A stretch of DNA of 64,000 bases from an uncultured Clostridia bacterium (GCA_934167095.1 CAKPKE010000006.1:16481-80480); one strand, 5' to 3'. Positions 36,567 to 46,232 are shown, numbered from the stretch's first letter. Numbers and translations are program-made. Notes: generated from the sequence alone by a model not told the origin.

Positions 36567-36702
36567 ATTTACAAAAGAGTAAAAAGCAAGTGGTTAGTTG
36601 AAAATCACTTGTTTTTATGGTAAAATATAGAAGTATTGGATGAGAAAAAATATTGGAAAATTAAGCTGTAAGGGAAAAATTATAAATGTTATACTGATAA
36701 TA

Positions 36703-36800
36703 TAAGTTTACATTTAAAGCATATATTTGAAGAGAATGAATTAGACAAAAATTCAGTTACCGAGAAATGCTCGTTAACTGCTGATGATGGAAAAATATAA
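36703..36800 (+). pseudogene. remnant of a third rhuM-like gene
   Basis: ISLHLKHIFEENELDKNSVTEKCSLTADDGKI* matches ISKHLKNIFEENELDKNSVVSKMEITAPDGKN of ORF 38440 at both the protein and nucleotide level. Confidence 0.7.
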
Positions 36801-36825
36801 AATAGAAATTTAGGAGTGTGGTTAA

Positions 36826-37134
36826 ATGGCAAAATATACTTTTGAGGAAATAAAAACATTGTTATTAAAAAGTATAAATGAAGATCATCTTGAGGCAGAG
36901 TTAAGTTTGATATTTAAAAATAAACCAAATGAATATATGATTATTATTTATGACGATCATTGTTCATTCCAAAGATGTGGATCACTTCAAGAACAAAGTG
37001 AAGAATATGACTACAAAACATTAGATGAGTTGTATAAAGCACAACAAGTTGATAATATCATTTTAGAAAGGGATTGGAATAATATCATTGAATTTGATTG
37101 TGCAGATTTTGAAGTGTTGGGTTATTGGAAATGA
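36826..37134 (+). CDS. hypothetical 102-aa protein overlapping the start of rhuM copy 1
   Basis: ORF with a TAGGAG RBS. No recognisable domain. Confidence 0.5.
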   Translation: MAKYTFEEIKTLLLKSINEDHLEAELSLIFKNKPNEYMIIIYDDHCSFQRCGSLQEQSEEYDYKTLDELYKAQQVDNIILERDWNNIIEFDCADFEVLGYWK

Positions 37135-38108
37135 ATATTAAAGATTTAAAAGATAAACATAAATTTATAGAAAGGAGAATAACACATGGACAAAAAAACT
37201 TACAAATAACTAATCATGATTTTTTAATATATAGGGACTCAAACAATGATGTTAAGGTTAGTGTAATGTTAATAAATAATGATATATGGCTTACTCAAAA
37301 TTTGATTGCAGAATTGTTTGGTGTAGGAAGAAGCACAATAACAGAACATATTAATAATATATTAAATAGTGGTGAACTTGACGAAAATAACACCGTCGGA
37401 AAAACCGACATTGATAATTCTAAAAAACCTGTAAAGATATATAACCTTGATATGATTATTGCAGTTGGATATAGAGTAAATTCAAAAAAAGCAACAAACT
37501 TTAGAATTTGGGCTACTAAAGTATTAAAAGAATATATGATAAAAGGTGTAGTTATGGATGATGAAAGATTAAAAAATCCTAATTACATATTTGGCGAGGA
37601 TTATTTTGAAGAAACACTTGAAAGAATTAGAAATATTCGTTCAAGCGAGAGAAGATTCTATCAAAAAATAACAGATATATATTCTTCCTGCAGTGTAGAT
37701 TATGATAAAGATTCGGAAATAACAAAAGAATTTTTTAAAACAGTTCAAAATAAATTACATTATGCAATAACCGGTAATACCGCAGCTGAAATAATATATA
37801 ACAGGGTGAATTCTGAAAAAGAAAATATGGGACTAACAAATTGGAAAAATTCCCCTGATGGACCAATTTACAAATATGATGTAGACATTGCAAAAAACTA
37901 TTTAAATGAAAAAGAATTAAAAGATTTGAATAGAATTGTAACTATGTATTTAGATTATGCAGAATTACAAGCAGAAAATCATAATGCTATGACTATGAAA
38001 GATTGGGCAGAAAAGCTAAATGCATTCTTGCAATTTAATGGTAAAGAAATATTACGCAATGCGGGGAAAATATCTGCAAAAGTAGCGCAAGAATTAGCTT
38101 ATAAATAG
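37125..38108 (+). CDS. rhuM: RhuM-family protein, copy 1. It ends at an in-frame TAG, and homology continues to 38206.
   Basis: IWLTQNLIAELFGVGRSTITEHINNI.., VGYRVNSKKATNFRIWATKVLKEYMIKG.., RFYQKITDIY. Confidence 0.8.
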   Translation: MEMNIKDLKDKHKFIERRITHGQKNLQITNHDFLIYRDSNNDVKVSVMLINNDIWLTQNLIAELFGVGRSTITEHINNILNSGELDENNTVGKTDIDNSKKPVKIYNLDMIIAVGYRVNSKKATNFRIWATKVLKEYMIKGVVMDDERLKNPNYIFGEDYFEETLERIRNIRSSERRFYQKITDIYSSCSVDYDKDSEITKEFFKTVQNKLHYAITGNTAAEIIYNRVNSEKENMGLTNWKNSPDGPIYKYDVDIAKNYLNEKELKDLNRIVTMYLDYAELQAENHNAMTMKDWAEKLNAFLQFNGKEILRNAGKISAKVAQELAYK

Positions 38109-38206
38109 TATGACAAATTTAAAGTTAAACAAGATAAATTATATAAATCAGACTTTGATAATTTTTTAAATGAAGCAAGAATGATAGAGAATGGAAGTGA
38201 TAAATA

Positions 38207-38297
38207 ATGGACATGTATCAAAAAAGAAAAGTAAGAGCGGAAAAAAGAAAAAATTCTGAAAATGAAAAGGATTTATCAAAGGTTTCAATTTCATGGT
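38207..38297 (+). repeat. duplicated 5' end of rbgA (start codon plus 30 codons); direct repeat of 39458-39548
   Basis: 91 nt identical except one position (gac/gat). Encodes MDMYQKRKVRAEKRKNSENEKDLSKVSISW and then diverges. Confidence 0.95.
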
Positions 38298-38439
38298 AAG
38301 TGGGGAGTTATGAAAAAACACTATTAAACCCTTGAAAATAAAAGGAATTTTTTTTACATTTTGGGACATTTTCTAATAAATTTTAATTTAAATTGATAAG
38401 TGTATGACTTATGAAAAACTAAAGGAAAGGAGATTGTTA

Positions 38440-39444
38440 ATGGAAGATAATAAATTAATTATATATAAAAATAGTGATGGTGACATTGTAGTAGATGCTA
38501 TTTATAAATATGAAACTTTATGGCTATCACAAAAAGGTATGTCAAAAGTTTTCGATGTTGGAGTACCAGCAATATCAAAGCATTTAAAAAATATATTTGA
38601 AGAAAACGAATTAGATAAAAATTCAGTTGTTTCCAAAATGGAAATAACTGCACCTGATGGAAAAAATTATAATACTGAAGTTTATAGTCTTGATGCTATA
38701 ATTGCTGTGGGCTATAGAATTAATTCTAAAAAAGCAACAGAATTTAGAATATGGGCAACAAAAATACTAAAAGAATATATGACCAAAGGATTTGCATTAA
38801 ATGATGAACGTTTCATAAATGGAAATAAATATGATACGAAGTATTTTGATGAATTATTAGAACGTATTAAAACAATTAGAGTAAGTGAAAGAATGGCATA
38901 CCAAAAAATCACTGATTTATTTATTGCAACAGCAACTGATTACAATCCTAAGTCAGAAGAAGCGTATACTTTCTTTAAAATAGTTCAAAATAAGTTGCAT
39001 TTCGCTATAAGTGGACATACTGCTGCCGAATTAATATATAGTAGAGCAAACTCAGATAAAGAACATATGGGACTAACTAATTGGAAAAATTCTCCTGATG
39101 GTTTAATATATAAATATGATGTGATTATTGCAAAAAATTATTTAAACGAAGAAGAAATGAATAATTTAAAAGATTTAACAAATATGTTTTTAGTATTTGC
39201 TGAAGATGAAGCAAAACAAAGACATGTAATGACAATGAAGGATTGGATAACTGCCACTGATGATTTATTAAAATTTAGAAGAAAAGAAATATTAAATAAT
39301 AGTGGCAGTATATCTCATAAAGAAGCAGTAGAAAAAGCTGAAAAAGAATATGAAAAATTTAGAGTTATACAAGATCAAAAATACATTTCTTCAATGGATG
39401 AATTCTATAATAAATATTTAAATGAAAATAGTGATAATGAATAA
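38440..39444 (+). CDS. rhuM: RhuM-family protein, copy 2 (intact)
   Basis: Start placed at ATG 38440 (AAGGAGA RBS). LWLSQKGMSKVFDVGVPAISKHLKNI.., VGYRINSKKATEFRIWATKILKEYMTKG. Confidence 0.8.
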   Translation: MEDNKLIIYKNSDGDIVVDAIYKYETLWLSQKGMSKVFDVGVPAISKHLKNIFEENELDKNSVVSKMEITAPDGKNYNTEVYSLDAIIAVGYRINSKKATEFRIWATKILKEYMTKGFALNDERFINGNKYDTKYFDELLERIKTIRVSERMAYQKITDLFIATATDYNPKSEEAYTFFKIVQNKLHFAISGHTAAELIYSRANSDKEHMGLTNWKNSPDGLIYKYDVIIAKNYLNEEEMNNLKDLTNMFLVFAEDEAKQRHVMTMKDWITATDDLLKFRRKEILNNSGSISHKEAVEKAEKEYEKFRVIQDQKYISSMDEFYNKYLNENSDNE

Positions 39445-39457
39445 GGAAGTGAAAAAA

Positions 39458-40417
39458 ATGGATATGTATCAAAAAAGAAAAGTAAGAGCGGAAAAAAGAA
39501 AAAATTCTGAAAATGAAAAGGATTTATCAAAGGTTTCAATTTCATGGTTTCCAGGTCACATGCATAAAACAATGAAACAAATAGAAGAAGACCTAAAACT
39601 TGTAGATATTGTAATTGAAATATTAGATGCAAGAATTCCAGTGTCTAGTAGAAATCCTCAAGTCCAAAAATTAATAAAAAACAAGAAGAAAATAATCGTT
39701 TTGAATAAAGAGGACTTGGCTGATAAAAATGAAAGTATCAAATGGGCAAATTATTTTATAAAACAAGGTGATAGTGCAATAATTTGCAATGCTAATACTG
39801 GTGAAGGTAGCAAAAAAATTAAAGATGAAATAAATAAAGTAATGAAAGAAGAATATGAAAAAGCTGCTCAAAAAGGAAGAGTTGGAAAAACTGTAAGAGC
39901 AATGATTCTAGGAATTCCTAATGTTGGAAAATCATCATTTATTAATAGAATTTCTACAAAAAATACAATGAAAGTTGGAAATAAACCTGGTGTTACAACT
40001 CAAAAGCAATGGATAAGACTTGCTGATAATATTGAACTTCTTGATACTCCTGGTGTGCTATGGCCAAAACTTGATAATGAAAAAGTTGCTTTAAATCTAG
40101 CATATACAGGAACAATTAAAAGTGATGTAATAGATGAAGAAGAAATTGCTTATAATCTTACAAAATTATTGTTAAGTGATTACGAAAATAATCTAATTAA
40201 TAGGTATGAATTAAATGAGCAAATTGTAGACAAAATCTTACAAAATGAAGATATTGCAGAAAATGAAAGAATTGTAGAAGTTATGACATATATTGGCGAA
40301 AAGAAAAATCTATTGAAAAAAGGTGGAGAAGTAGATTTTATAAGAACTTCAAGAACAATATTAGAAGATTTTAGAAGTGCTAATTTAGGTAGAATAACTT
40401 TAGAAAGAGTAAAATAA
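39458..40417 (+). CDS. rbgA: ribosome biogenesis GTPase A (YlqF/RbgA) with a ~30-aa basic N-terminal extension
   Basis: WFPGHMHKTMKQIEE.., circularly permuted GTPase motifs (LNKEDL, GIPNVGKSSFINR, DTPGVLWPK). Confidence 0.9.
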   Translation: MDMYQKRKVRAEKRKNSENEKDLSKVSISWFPGHMHKTMKQIEEDLKLVDIVIEILDARIPVSSRNPQVQKLIKNKKKIIVLNKEDLADKNESIKWANYFIKQGDSAIICNANTGEGSKKIKDEINKVMKEEYEKAAQKGRVGKTVRAMILGIPNVGKSSFINRISTKNTMKVGNKPGVTTQKQWIRLADNIELLDTPGVLWPKLDNEKVALNLAYTGTIKSDVIDEEEIAYNLTKLLLSDYENNLINRYELNEQIVDKILQNEDIAENERIVEVMTYIGEKKNLLKKGGEVDFIRTSRTILEDFRSANLGRITLERVK

Positions 40418-40422
40418 TAGTT

Positions 40423-40815
40423 ATGATGGAAATTATAGAAAGAAAAAAGGATAAGGCAGAAGTAGATACAATGTCGCCACTAAACTGGGCTTACATTGGA
40501 GATAACATTTTTGAATTATATATAAGAATGGGATTAATTAATAATACAAGACTAAAGCCTCATAAGTTGCACATAGAAGCAGTAAAACATGTAAGAGCAT
40601 CAAGTCAAGCAGATTTATTAAAAAATATAGAAGAGAATTTGACTGATGAAGAAAAAGACATAGTAAGAAGAGGTAGAAATGCACAAAATCACCATGTACC
40701 TAAAAATTCTACAGTAGAGGAATACAGCTATGCTACTGCTTTTGAGGCTTTAATTGGATATTTATATTTAACAAAGCAAGATGAAAGACTAAAAGAAATA
40801 TTAAGTATGTGCTAA
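40423..40815 (+). CDS. mrnC: Mini-ribonuclease 3 (Mini-III)
   Basis: 130 aa: PLNWAYIGDNIFELYIR.., ATAFEALIGYLYL. Confidence 0.85.
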   Translation: MMEIIERKKDKAEVDTMSPLNWAYIGDNIFELYIRMGLINNTRLKPHKLHIEAVKHVRASSQADLLKNIEENLTDEEKDIVRRGRNAQNHHVPKNSTVEEYSYATAFEALIGYLYLTKQDERLKEILSMC

Positions 40816-40838
40816 GAAAAATAAAAGGAGTCAAAATC

Positions 40839-41279
40839 ATGATTTACAATGAATTTATGGCTATGGCATTAGAAGAAGCTAAAAAAGCTAATTGTGCCAA
40901 AGGAAAAGTAGGCGCAGTTATTGTATTAAATGATAAAGTATTAGGAAAAGGAAATAATTCTGTTCCAAATAACTGCCAACCATGTACAATCAATAATTGT
41001 CTAAGAAAAAAATATGGATTAAAAAGTGGAGAACGTCAAGAAATCTGTAGAGCAGTTCATGCTGAGCAGAATGCAATATTAAATTGCTTAAAAAATGGTG
41101 AAGATATAAGTAAATCTACAATTTATGTAACAAAATCACCTTGTATGATATGTGCGAAAATAATTATAAATTCTGGAATTTCAAAAGTAGTATATGCTAA
41201 TAAATATCCAGATACTGAAGCTTTTAAAATTCTAGATGAGGCTGGAATTATAACCGAATATATTGAAGATATGAAATGA
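40839..41279 (+). CDS. comEB: dCMP deaminase (ComEB-type cytidine/deoxycytidylate deaminase)
   Basis: HAEQNAI and PCMICAKII zinc motifs, with an upstream C-x-R zinc-site region. Start placed at ATG 40839 (AAGGAG RBS). Confidence 0.8.
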   Translation: MIYNEFMAMALEEAKKANCAKGKVGAVIVLNDKVLGKGNNSVPNNCQPCTINNCLRKKYGLKSGERQEICRAVHAEQNAILNCLKNGEDISKSTIYVTKSPCMICAKIIINSGISKVVYANKYPDTEAFKILDEAGIITEYIEDMK

Positions 41280-41323
41280 TAAAATTAATAAAACAGCATT
41301 GTAAATAAAAAACAATAAACCTC

Positions 41324-41352
41324 TTGACTACAATTAAAAAAAATGGTATAGT
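41324..41352 (+). promoter_or_regulatory. sigma-A-type promoter of the tRNA gene
   Basis: TTGACT (41324-41329), a 17-nt spacer ending in TGG, then TATAGT (41347-41352). Confidence 0.6.
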
Positions 41353-41366
41353 AATAAAGTACTAAA

Positions 41367-41441
41367 GGCCCCTTGGTCAAGCGGTTAAGACGCAGCCCTC
41401 TCAAGGCTGAATCATGGGTTCGATTCCCGTAGGGGTCACCA
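41367..41441 (+). tRNA. tRNA-Glu (anticodon CUC) with encoded CCA
   Basis: Hand-folded cloverleaf. Acceptor GGCCCCT/AGGGGTC. Anticodon stem CAGCC/GGCTG with loop CT-CTC-AA. T arm ATGGG-TTCGATT-CCCGT. Strong similarity to Firmicutes tRNA-Glu. Confidence 0.9.
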
Positions 41442-41457
41442 AAATTAAATAATATTA

Positions 41458-41500
41458 GAGTAGCAATGAATTAGTAAAAATTTAAGCTACTCTATTTTTA
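41458..41500 (+). terminator. terminator after tRNA-Glu
   Basis: agagtagc / gctactct stem followed by atttttatttttt. Confidence 0.6.
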
Positions 41501-41610
41501 TTTTTTCATTAGGTAAAATCTGCATTTCTGAAAAAATAATAATTGTATAAAGGAAAAAATATGGTATAATTGAAGCATGTAATAAAGATTACTTTTAGAA
41601 AGGCAAAATT

Positions 41611-41763
41611 ATGAAAGAAAAAACTTTTAATGATTTAGGATTAGATAATGGAGATGATTTCTTAAATAGTTTAGGAATAAATCTAAACATTGACTTTGAA
41701 AATAAAAATCAAAATGAACAAGAAAAAGAGAAAAATATAGAAGAAATAAAAAAGAATATATAG
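41611..41763 (+). CDS. possible 50-aa acidic small protein upstream of the RumA-like gene
   Basis: ATG with a weak GAAAGG RBS and a TGGTATAAT promoter-like box upstream. No homology is recognisable. Confidence 0.3.
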   Translation: MKEKTFNDLGLDNGDDFLNSLGINLNIDFENKNQNEQEKEKNIEEIKKNI

Positions 41764-41772
41764 GAGTTTAAA

Positions 41773-43107
41773 GTGAAAGAGGAAGTTCCAATTAAAAAGA
41801 ATGAAGAATATGTAGTAAAAATAGCAGACTATGGTACAGATGGAGAGGGAATTGCAAAAATAAATGATTTTACTGTATTTGTTGCAGGTGCTTTAAAAAA
41901 TGAAAAATGTAAAATTCATATAACAAAAGTTTTATCATCTTATGCTTATGCAAAAATTGTTGAAATACTAGAAAAATCTGAACATAGGGTACAAAGTGAT
42001 TGTAAAACTTATCCAAAATGTGGTGGTTGCAGTTTAAGACATATAGATTATAAAGAAACTTTGCAAATTAAAAGACAAAAAGTTCAAAATTTAGTAAATA
42101 AAATGTTAAATGATAAAATAATTGTAGATGAAACAGTTGGAATGGATAAGCCAGTTTTTTATAGAAATAAGGCGATTTATCCAATAAGCCAAAATAAAAT
42201 GCCAGGAATATTTGCAGCAAGAAGTCATGATGTAATTGAATTTGAAGAATGTAAAATTCAAACTATAAATTCTCAAAAAATAGCAAAGTTTATATTAGAA
42301 AAATGGAACGATACAATATATGATGAAAAAACAGGAAAAGGACTTCTTAGAAATATAATGATAAGAGAAGGCTTTGCTACAAATGAAATAATGGTTGTTC
42401 TTGTACAAAATGGTGAGAAAAAATATGATGCAAGTAACCTTGTAAAAGAATTTCCAAATATAAAAACAGTTGTAGTAAATGTAAATACTAAAAATACAAA
42501 TGTAGTCTTAGCAAACAAAAATATAATTTGTTATGGGGATGGATTTATATATGATAAGCTAGGCGACTACACTTTTAAAATATCACCTAATTCTTTTTAT
42601 CAAGTTAATCCAAAACAAACTGAAAAATTGTATAATTTAGCAGTTGAAAAGGCAAATCTAAAGGCAGATGATATTTTATGTGATTTATATTGTGGAATTG
42701 GAACTATTGGAATTTTTGCATCAAAGTTTGTTAAAAAAGTATATGGAATAGAAATTGTAGAATCAGCAGTAAAAGACGCAAACGAGAATGCAAAATTAAA
42801 TAATGTAAATAATATAGAATTTATTTTGGGTGACACAGAAAAAGCTTTTGACAGCTTATTAAAAAATGATATTAAACCGACAGTTGTAATTGTTGATCCA
42901 CCAAGAAAAGGATTAGATGATACAACAATAGAAAATTTATGCAAGCTAAAACTAGATAGAGTTGTATATGTAAGTTGTAATCCTGCCACATTAGTAAGAG
43001 ATTTAGCAAAAATGGAAGATATATATATAGTAAAAAGCATTACTCCTGTGGATAATTTTTGCTATAGCTCGCATGTGGAAAGTGTTGCCGTACTTGAATT
43101 AAAGTGA
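41773..43107 (+). CDS. 23S rRNA (uracil-5-)-methyltransferase, RumA/RlmD family (TRAM + 4Fe-4S Cys cluster + MTase)
   Basis: N-terminal TRAM, CKTYPKCGGCSLRH cluster, FYQVNP, DLYCGIGTIG, VDPPRKG, VYVSCNPATL. Confidence 0.88.
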   Translation: MKEEVPIKKNEEYVVKIADYGTDGEGIAKINDFTVFVAGALKNEKCKIHITKVLSSYAYAKIVEILEKSEHRVQSDCKTYPKCGGCSLRHIDYKETLQIKRQKVQNLVNKMLNDKIIVDETVGMDKPVFYRNKAIYPISQNKMPGIFAARSHDVIEFEECKIQTINSQKIAKFILEKWNDTIYDEKTGKGLLRNIMIREGFATNEIMVVLVQNGEKKYDASNLVKEFPNIKTVVVNVNTKNTNVVLANKNIICYGDGFIYDKLGDYTFKISPNSFYQVNPKQTEKLYNLAVEKANLKADDILCDLYCGIGTIGIFASKFVKKVYGIEIVESAVKDANENAKLNNVNNIEFILGDTEKAFDSLLKNDIKPTVVIVDPPRKGLDDTTIENLCKLKLDRVVYVSCNPATLVRDLAKMEDIYIVKSITPVDNFCYSSHVESVAVLELK

Positions 43108-43123
43108 TTTTGGAGATAAAAAT

Positions 43124-43915
43124 ATGAATTATAAATTAATTGCGATGGATTTTGATGGAACTCTTTTATCAGAAAATAAAACTGTTTCAAAAGCAAACAA
43201 AGAAAAGCTTACTCAATTAAAAAATAAAGGATACATAATAGTTGGTGTAACTGCCAGAAATTTGACAAGTGTTAAGCATGTTTGTGATATTCAAATGTTT
43301 AACTATTTAATTCTCAATAATGGAACTTACATTTATGATGTAAAACAAGAAAACGGGCAGTATATAAAATATTTAAATAGAAAAGTAGTAACTAAATTAA
43401 GTAGCAACTTTTTTGATGAAACAAGTGAAATTGATTTTTGTACATTAAATCATTATTATGTTTTCAAAAATAAAACTATTAATCTTGATAGGACTGAAAT
43501 TGATAGTCTTGAAGACATAAAAGAAGAAATTGCAAGAATGAATATTTTTCTAAAAAATCAAGAAGAAAATAACAAGTGTAAGAAATTTATAGAAGAAAAT
43601 TTTAATGACATTGATGTATTTGAAATGATGGACACTGATAGTAAAATAAAAAGAAAATGGCTTGCTATAAATCCTAAAGACATAAATAAATTTGTTGGAA
43701 TACAATTTTTATGTAAGAAGCTCAATATAGATACGAAAAATGTCATATTTTTTGGAGATAGTACAAATGATTTAATGGCAATTAAAAATGTAGGAGTAGG
43801 AGTTGCAATGGGAAATGCCCTAGATATAGTAAAAGAAAATGCAAAAGAAGTAACTTTGTCAAATGAAGAAAATGGCATTGCAGTATTTTTAGAAAAATTA
43901 GAAAGTGAAAAATAA
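43124..43915 (+). CDS. Cof-type HAD-IIB phosphatase
   Basis: LIAMDFDGTLLS, GVTARN, FGDSTNDLMAIKNVGVGVAMGNA. Confidence 0.85.
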   Translation: MNYKLIAMDFDGTLLSENKTVSKANKEKLTQLKNKGYIIVGVTARNLTSVKHVCDIQMFNYLILNNGTYIYDVKQENGQYIKYLNRKVVTKLSSNFFDETSEIDFCTLNHYYVFKNKTINLDRTEIDSLEDIKEEIARMNIFLKNQEENNKCKKFIEENFNDIDVFEMMDTDSKIKRKWLAINPKDINKFVGIQFLCKKLNIDTKNVIFFGDSTNDLMAIKNVGVGVAMGNALDIVKENAKEVTLSNEENGIAVFLEKLESEK

Positions 43916-45040
43916 ATGGAAAAATGTAAAATAAGCTCAAAATGTGGTGGATGTTTTTATATGGGTGTTGAATACCAAAAACAGTTAGACGAAAAAACAA
44001 ATTACATAAAAGAGCTAATGAAAAATAGTGGATTAAATGTTAAAGTAAATAATACAATAGAAATGAAAAATCCTTTAAATTACAGAAATAAAGGCAAGTA
44101 TGCATTTAAAAATGGAAAAATGGGATTTTATGAAGAAGGTAGCCATAAAATTGTTTATGAAAAATGTCTTATTCAAAAGCAAATAATCAACGAGATTGCA
44201 GATTTTGTATATGGCCTAGTTAAAAAATATAAAATAAATTTGTATAATGAAGATACTAAAAAAGGCTTTTTAAGACATATAGTGATTAGATACGGCGAAT
44301 TTACAAATGAGGTTATGGTTATTTTTGTTACAACTGATGGCAAAATGTATAAAAGAGATGAAATAATAAAGGAGCTAACTTCAAAATATCCTAATATTAA
44401 ATCTGTTGTACAAAATATAAATGTAGAAGCTACAAATGCAATTTTAGGAAGCAAAACAATAAAATTATATGGCAGTGATTTTATAGTAGATAAAATAAAT
44501 GAATTAAAGTTTAAAATTTCACCATTGTCATTTTATCAAGTAAATCCAGTGCAAATGAAGTTGTTATATGAAGTAGCAATTAAATATGCAAACTTGACTA
44601 AAAATGAAGTAGTATATGACTTGTATTCTGGAATCGGAACAATATCATTATGTGTGGCAAAAGTTGCCAAAAAAGTATATGGAATAGAAATTGTAAAAGA
44701 TGCAGTAAAAGACGCAAACGAAAATGCCAGAATAAATAACATTAAAAACACTAAATTCATGGCAGGAAAAGTTGAGGACTTACTTCCAAAGCTTTGCGAT
44801 AAAGAATATGCTGATGTGGTATTTGTAGACCCTCCAAGAAGCGGATTAGACCGAAAAACAATTCAAACAATTTTAAAAGTAGAACCTCAAAGAATTGTAT
44901 ATATAAGCTGTGGACCAGAAAGTTTAGTGCAAAACTTAAAAGAATTAAAAAGAAAATATAATATTGAAAAGGTTCAACCAGTTGACATGTTTCCTTTCAC
45001 AAAACATGTTGAATGCGTATGTGTTCTAAATCTTAAATAA
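43916..45040 (+). CDS. second RumA-family RNA (uracil-5-)-methyltransferase, without a TRAM domain
   Basis: CKISSKCGGCFY cluster, FYQVNP, DLYSGIGTIS, VDPPRSG, VYISCGPESL. Confidence 0.85.
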   Translation: MEKCKISSKCGGCFYMGVEYQKQLDEKTNYIKELMKNSGLNVKVNNTIEMKNPLNYRNKGKYAFKNGKMGFYEEGSHKIVYEKCLIQKQIINEIADFVYGLVKKYKINLYNEDTKKGFLRHIVIRYGEFTNEVMVIFVTTDGKMYKRDEIIKELTSKYPNIKSVVQNINVEATNAILGSKTIKLYGSDFIVDKINELKFKISPLSFYQVNPVQMKLLYEVAIKYANLTKNEVVYDLYSGIGTISLCVAKVAKKVYGIEIVKDAVKDANENARINNIKNTKFMAGKVEDLLPKLCDKEYADVVFVDPPRSGLDRKTIQTILKVEPQRIVYISCGPESLVQNLKELKRKYNIEKVQPVDMFPFTKHVECVCVLNLK

Positions 45041-45150
45041 AGCCTTGTATTTCAAGGAAAATCAACTGTTCAGTGACTAACGCATACCATATTAGGTGGT
45101 ATGGATTAACTAAGCAAAATAAAAAGTAGAGATTATAGGAGAAATAAAAA

Positions 45151-45668
45151 ATGGTATTTAGTATTTTAGCATTATTAGCAGTGTGTATTAGTATATGTAT
45201 TAAAGATAGAAAAAAATCATTATATGTTCAATCATTAAACTGCTTTTTTGAAGCAATATATGATTTTTTAATATCTGCTTTTTTACAGGCGCAATCTTAA
45301 GTATAATAAATTTAATAAGGACTTTTATATTTATAAATAAAAATAAATTTAGTAAATCTGTATATTTAATAATACTATTTATTTTTGAAGGAATAATTAT
45401 GATAAATTGTTATTTTTCATGGACAGGGTGGGTTTCTCTATTACCAACAATTGGTTCAATGATTAGATCATATTGTTTATGGCAATCAAATATGAAATTA
45501 GTTAGAATATCTGGAATAACAACAGGAATTTTATACGGCTCTTATTATATTTATTACCATAGTTGGTTCATGGTATTAGGTGATTTGATTTTATTACTTA
45601 CAGGAATATACACACTTTACAAAAATGATATAAGGAGGAAAAGTAACAATGAAGTTATATGTAATTAG
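45151..45668 (+). pseudogene. YgjV-family inner-membrane protein interrupted by a -1 frame change in a T6 run
   Basis: MVFSILALL..DFLISAF(L) continues in the -1 frame as TGAILSIINLIRTFIF..MINCYFSWTGWVSLLPTIGSMIRSY. The break lies at GCT TTT TTA. Confidence 0.65.
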
Positions 45669-46188
45669 ACATGGAAACACAGATAGTAATAGATTAGATA
45701 TATATAATGGAAAATTATTAAATGAAGATATAAATAATATTGGAATAAAACAAGCACAGGAAGCATCTAAAAAAATTAAAAATTTAAATTTAGATTTGAT
45801 TATTTGTTCACCACTTTTAAGAACAAGACATACCTGTGATATTATAAATTCTAATAAGGTAAAAGTAATATATGATGATCGAATAGAAGAAAGAAATTGT
45901 GGAGTTTTAACAAATACGAAAATAGATAATTTTTATTATACGGAATATTGGAATTATTATTCTAAAGTTAAAATCGATAATTTAGAAACAGTTCCAGAAT
46001 TATTTGAAAGGGTTAATTTATTTTTAGATGAAATCAAGAAAAAATATAGAGGTCAAAATATACTTTTAGTAACCCATGGTGGCGTAGCTAGGGCAATCCA
46101 TTTTTATTTTAATGAATTGCCAGAAGATGGACAGGTGGAAAAATATTTGCCAGATAATTGTGAAATAAGAGAATATAGTTTTAATTAA
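45649..46188 (+). CDS. histidine phosphatase (phosphoglycerate mutase/CobC family)
   Basis: MKLYVIRHGNTDSN (RHG motif), LLVTHGGVARA. Confidence 0.85.
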   Translation: MKLYVIRHGNTDSNRLDIYNGKLLNEDINNIGIKQAQEASKKIKNLNLDLIICSPLLRTRHTCDIINSNKVKVIYDDRIEERNCGVLTNTKIDNFYYTEYWNYYSKVKIDNLETVPELFERVNLFLDEIKKKYRGQNILLVTHGGVARAIHFYFNELPEDGQVEKYLPDNCEIREYSFN

Positions 46189-46232
46189 TTTAAATAAAAA
46201 TTGATATATGCATAATACATATTATATTATTT

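Noticed and set aside
38166-38369. Minus-strand ORFs at 38166-38369 and 39405-39632.
   Set aside because: Both are antisense to the duplicated rbgA 5' segment. Their similarity to each other merely reflects the direct repeat.
41367-41441. tRNA-Glu as a possible integration site for neighbouring accessory DNA.
   Set aside because: There is no duplicated tRNA 3' end and no integrase nearby. The flanking genes (dCMP deaminase, rumA-like) look like native core genes.
45041-45150. Small hairpins (ccttg/caagg and catacca/tggtatg) upstream of the YgjV-like gene, as a possible riboswitch.
   Set aside because: The stems are short and I could match no known riboswitch consensus. The first hairpin is probably the terminator of the preceding methyltransferase gene.
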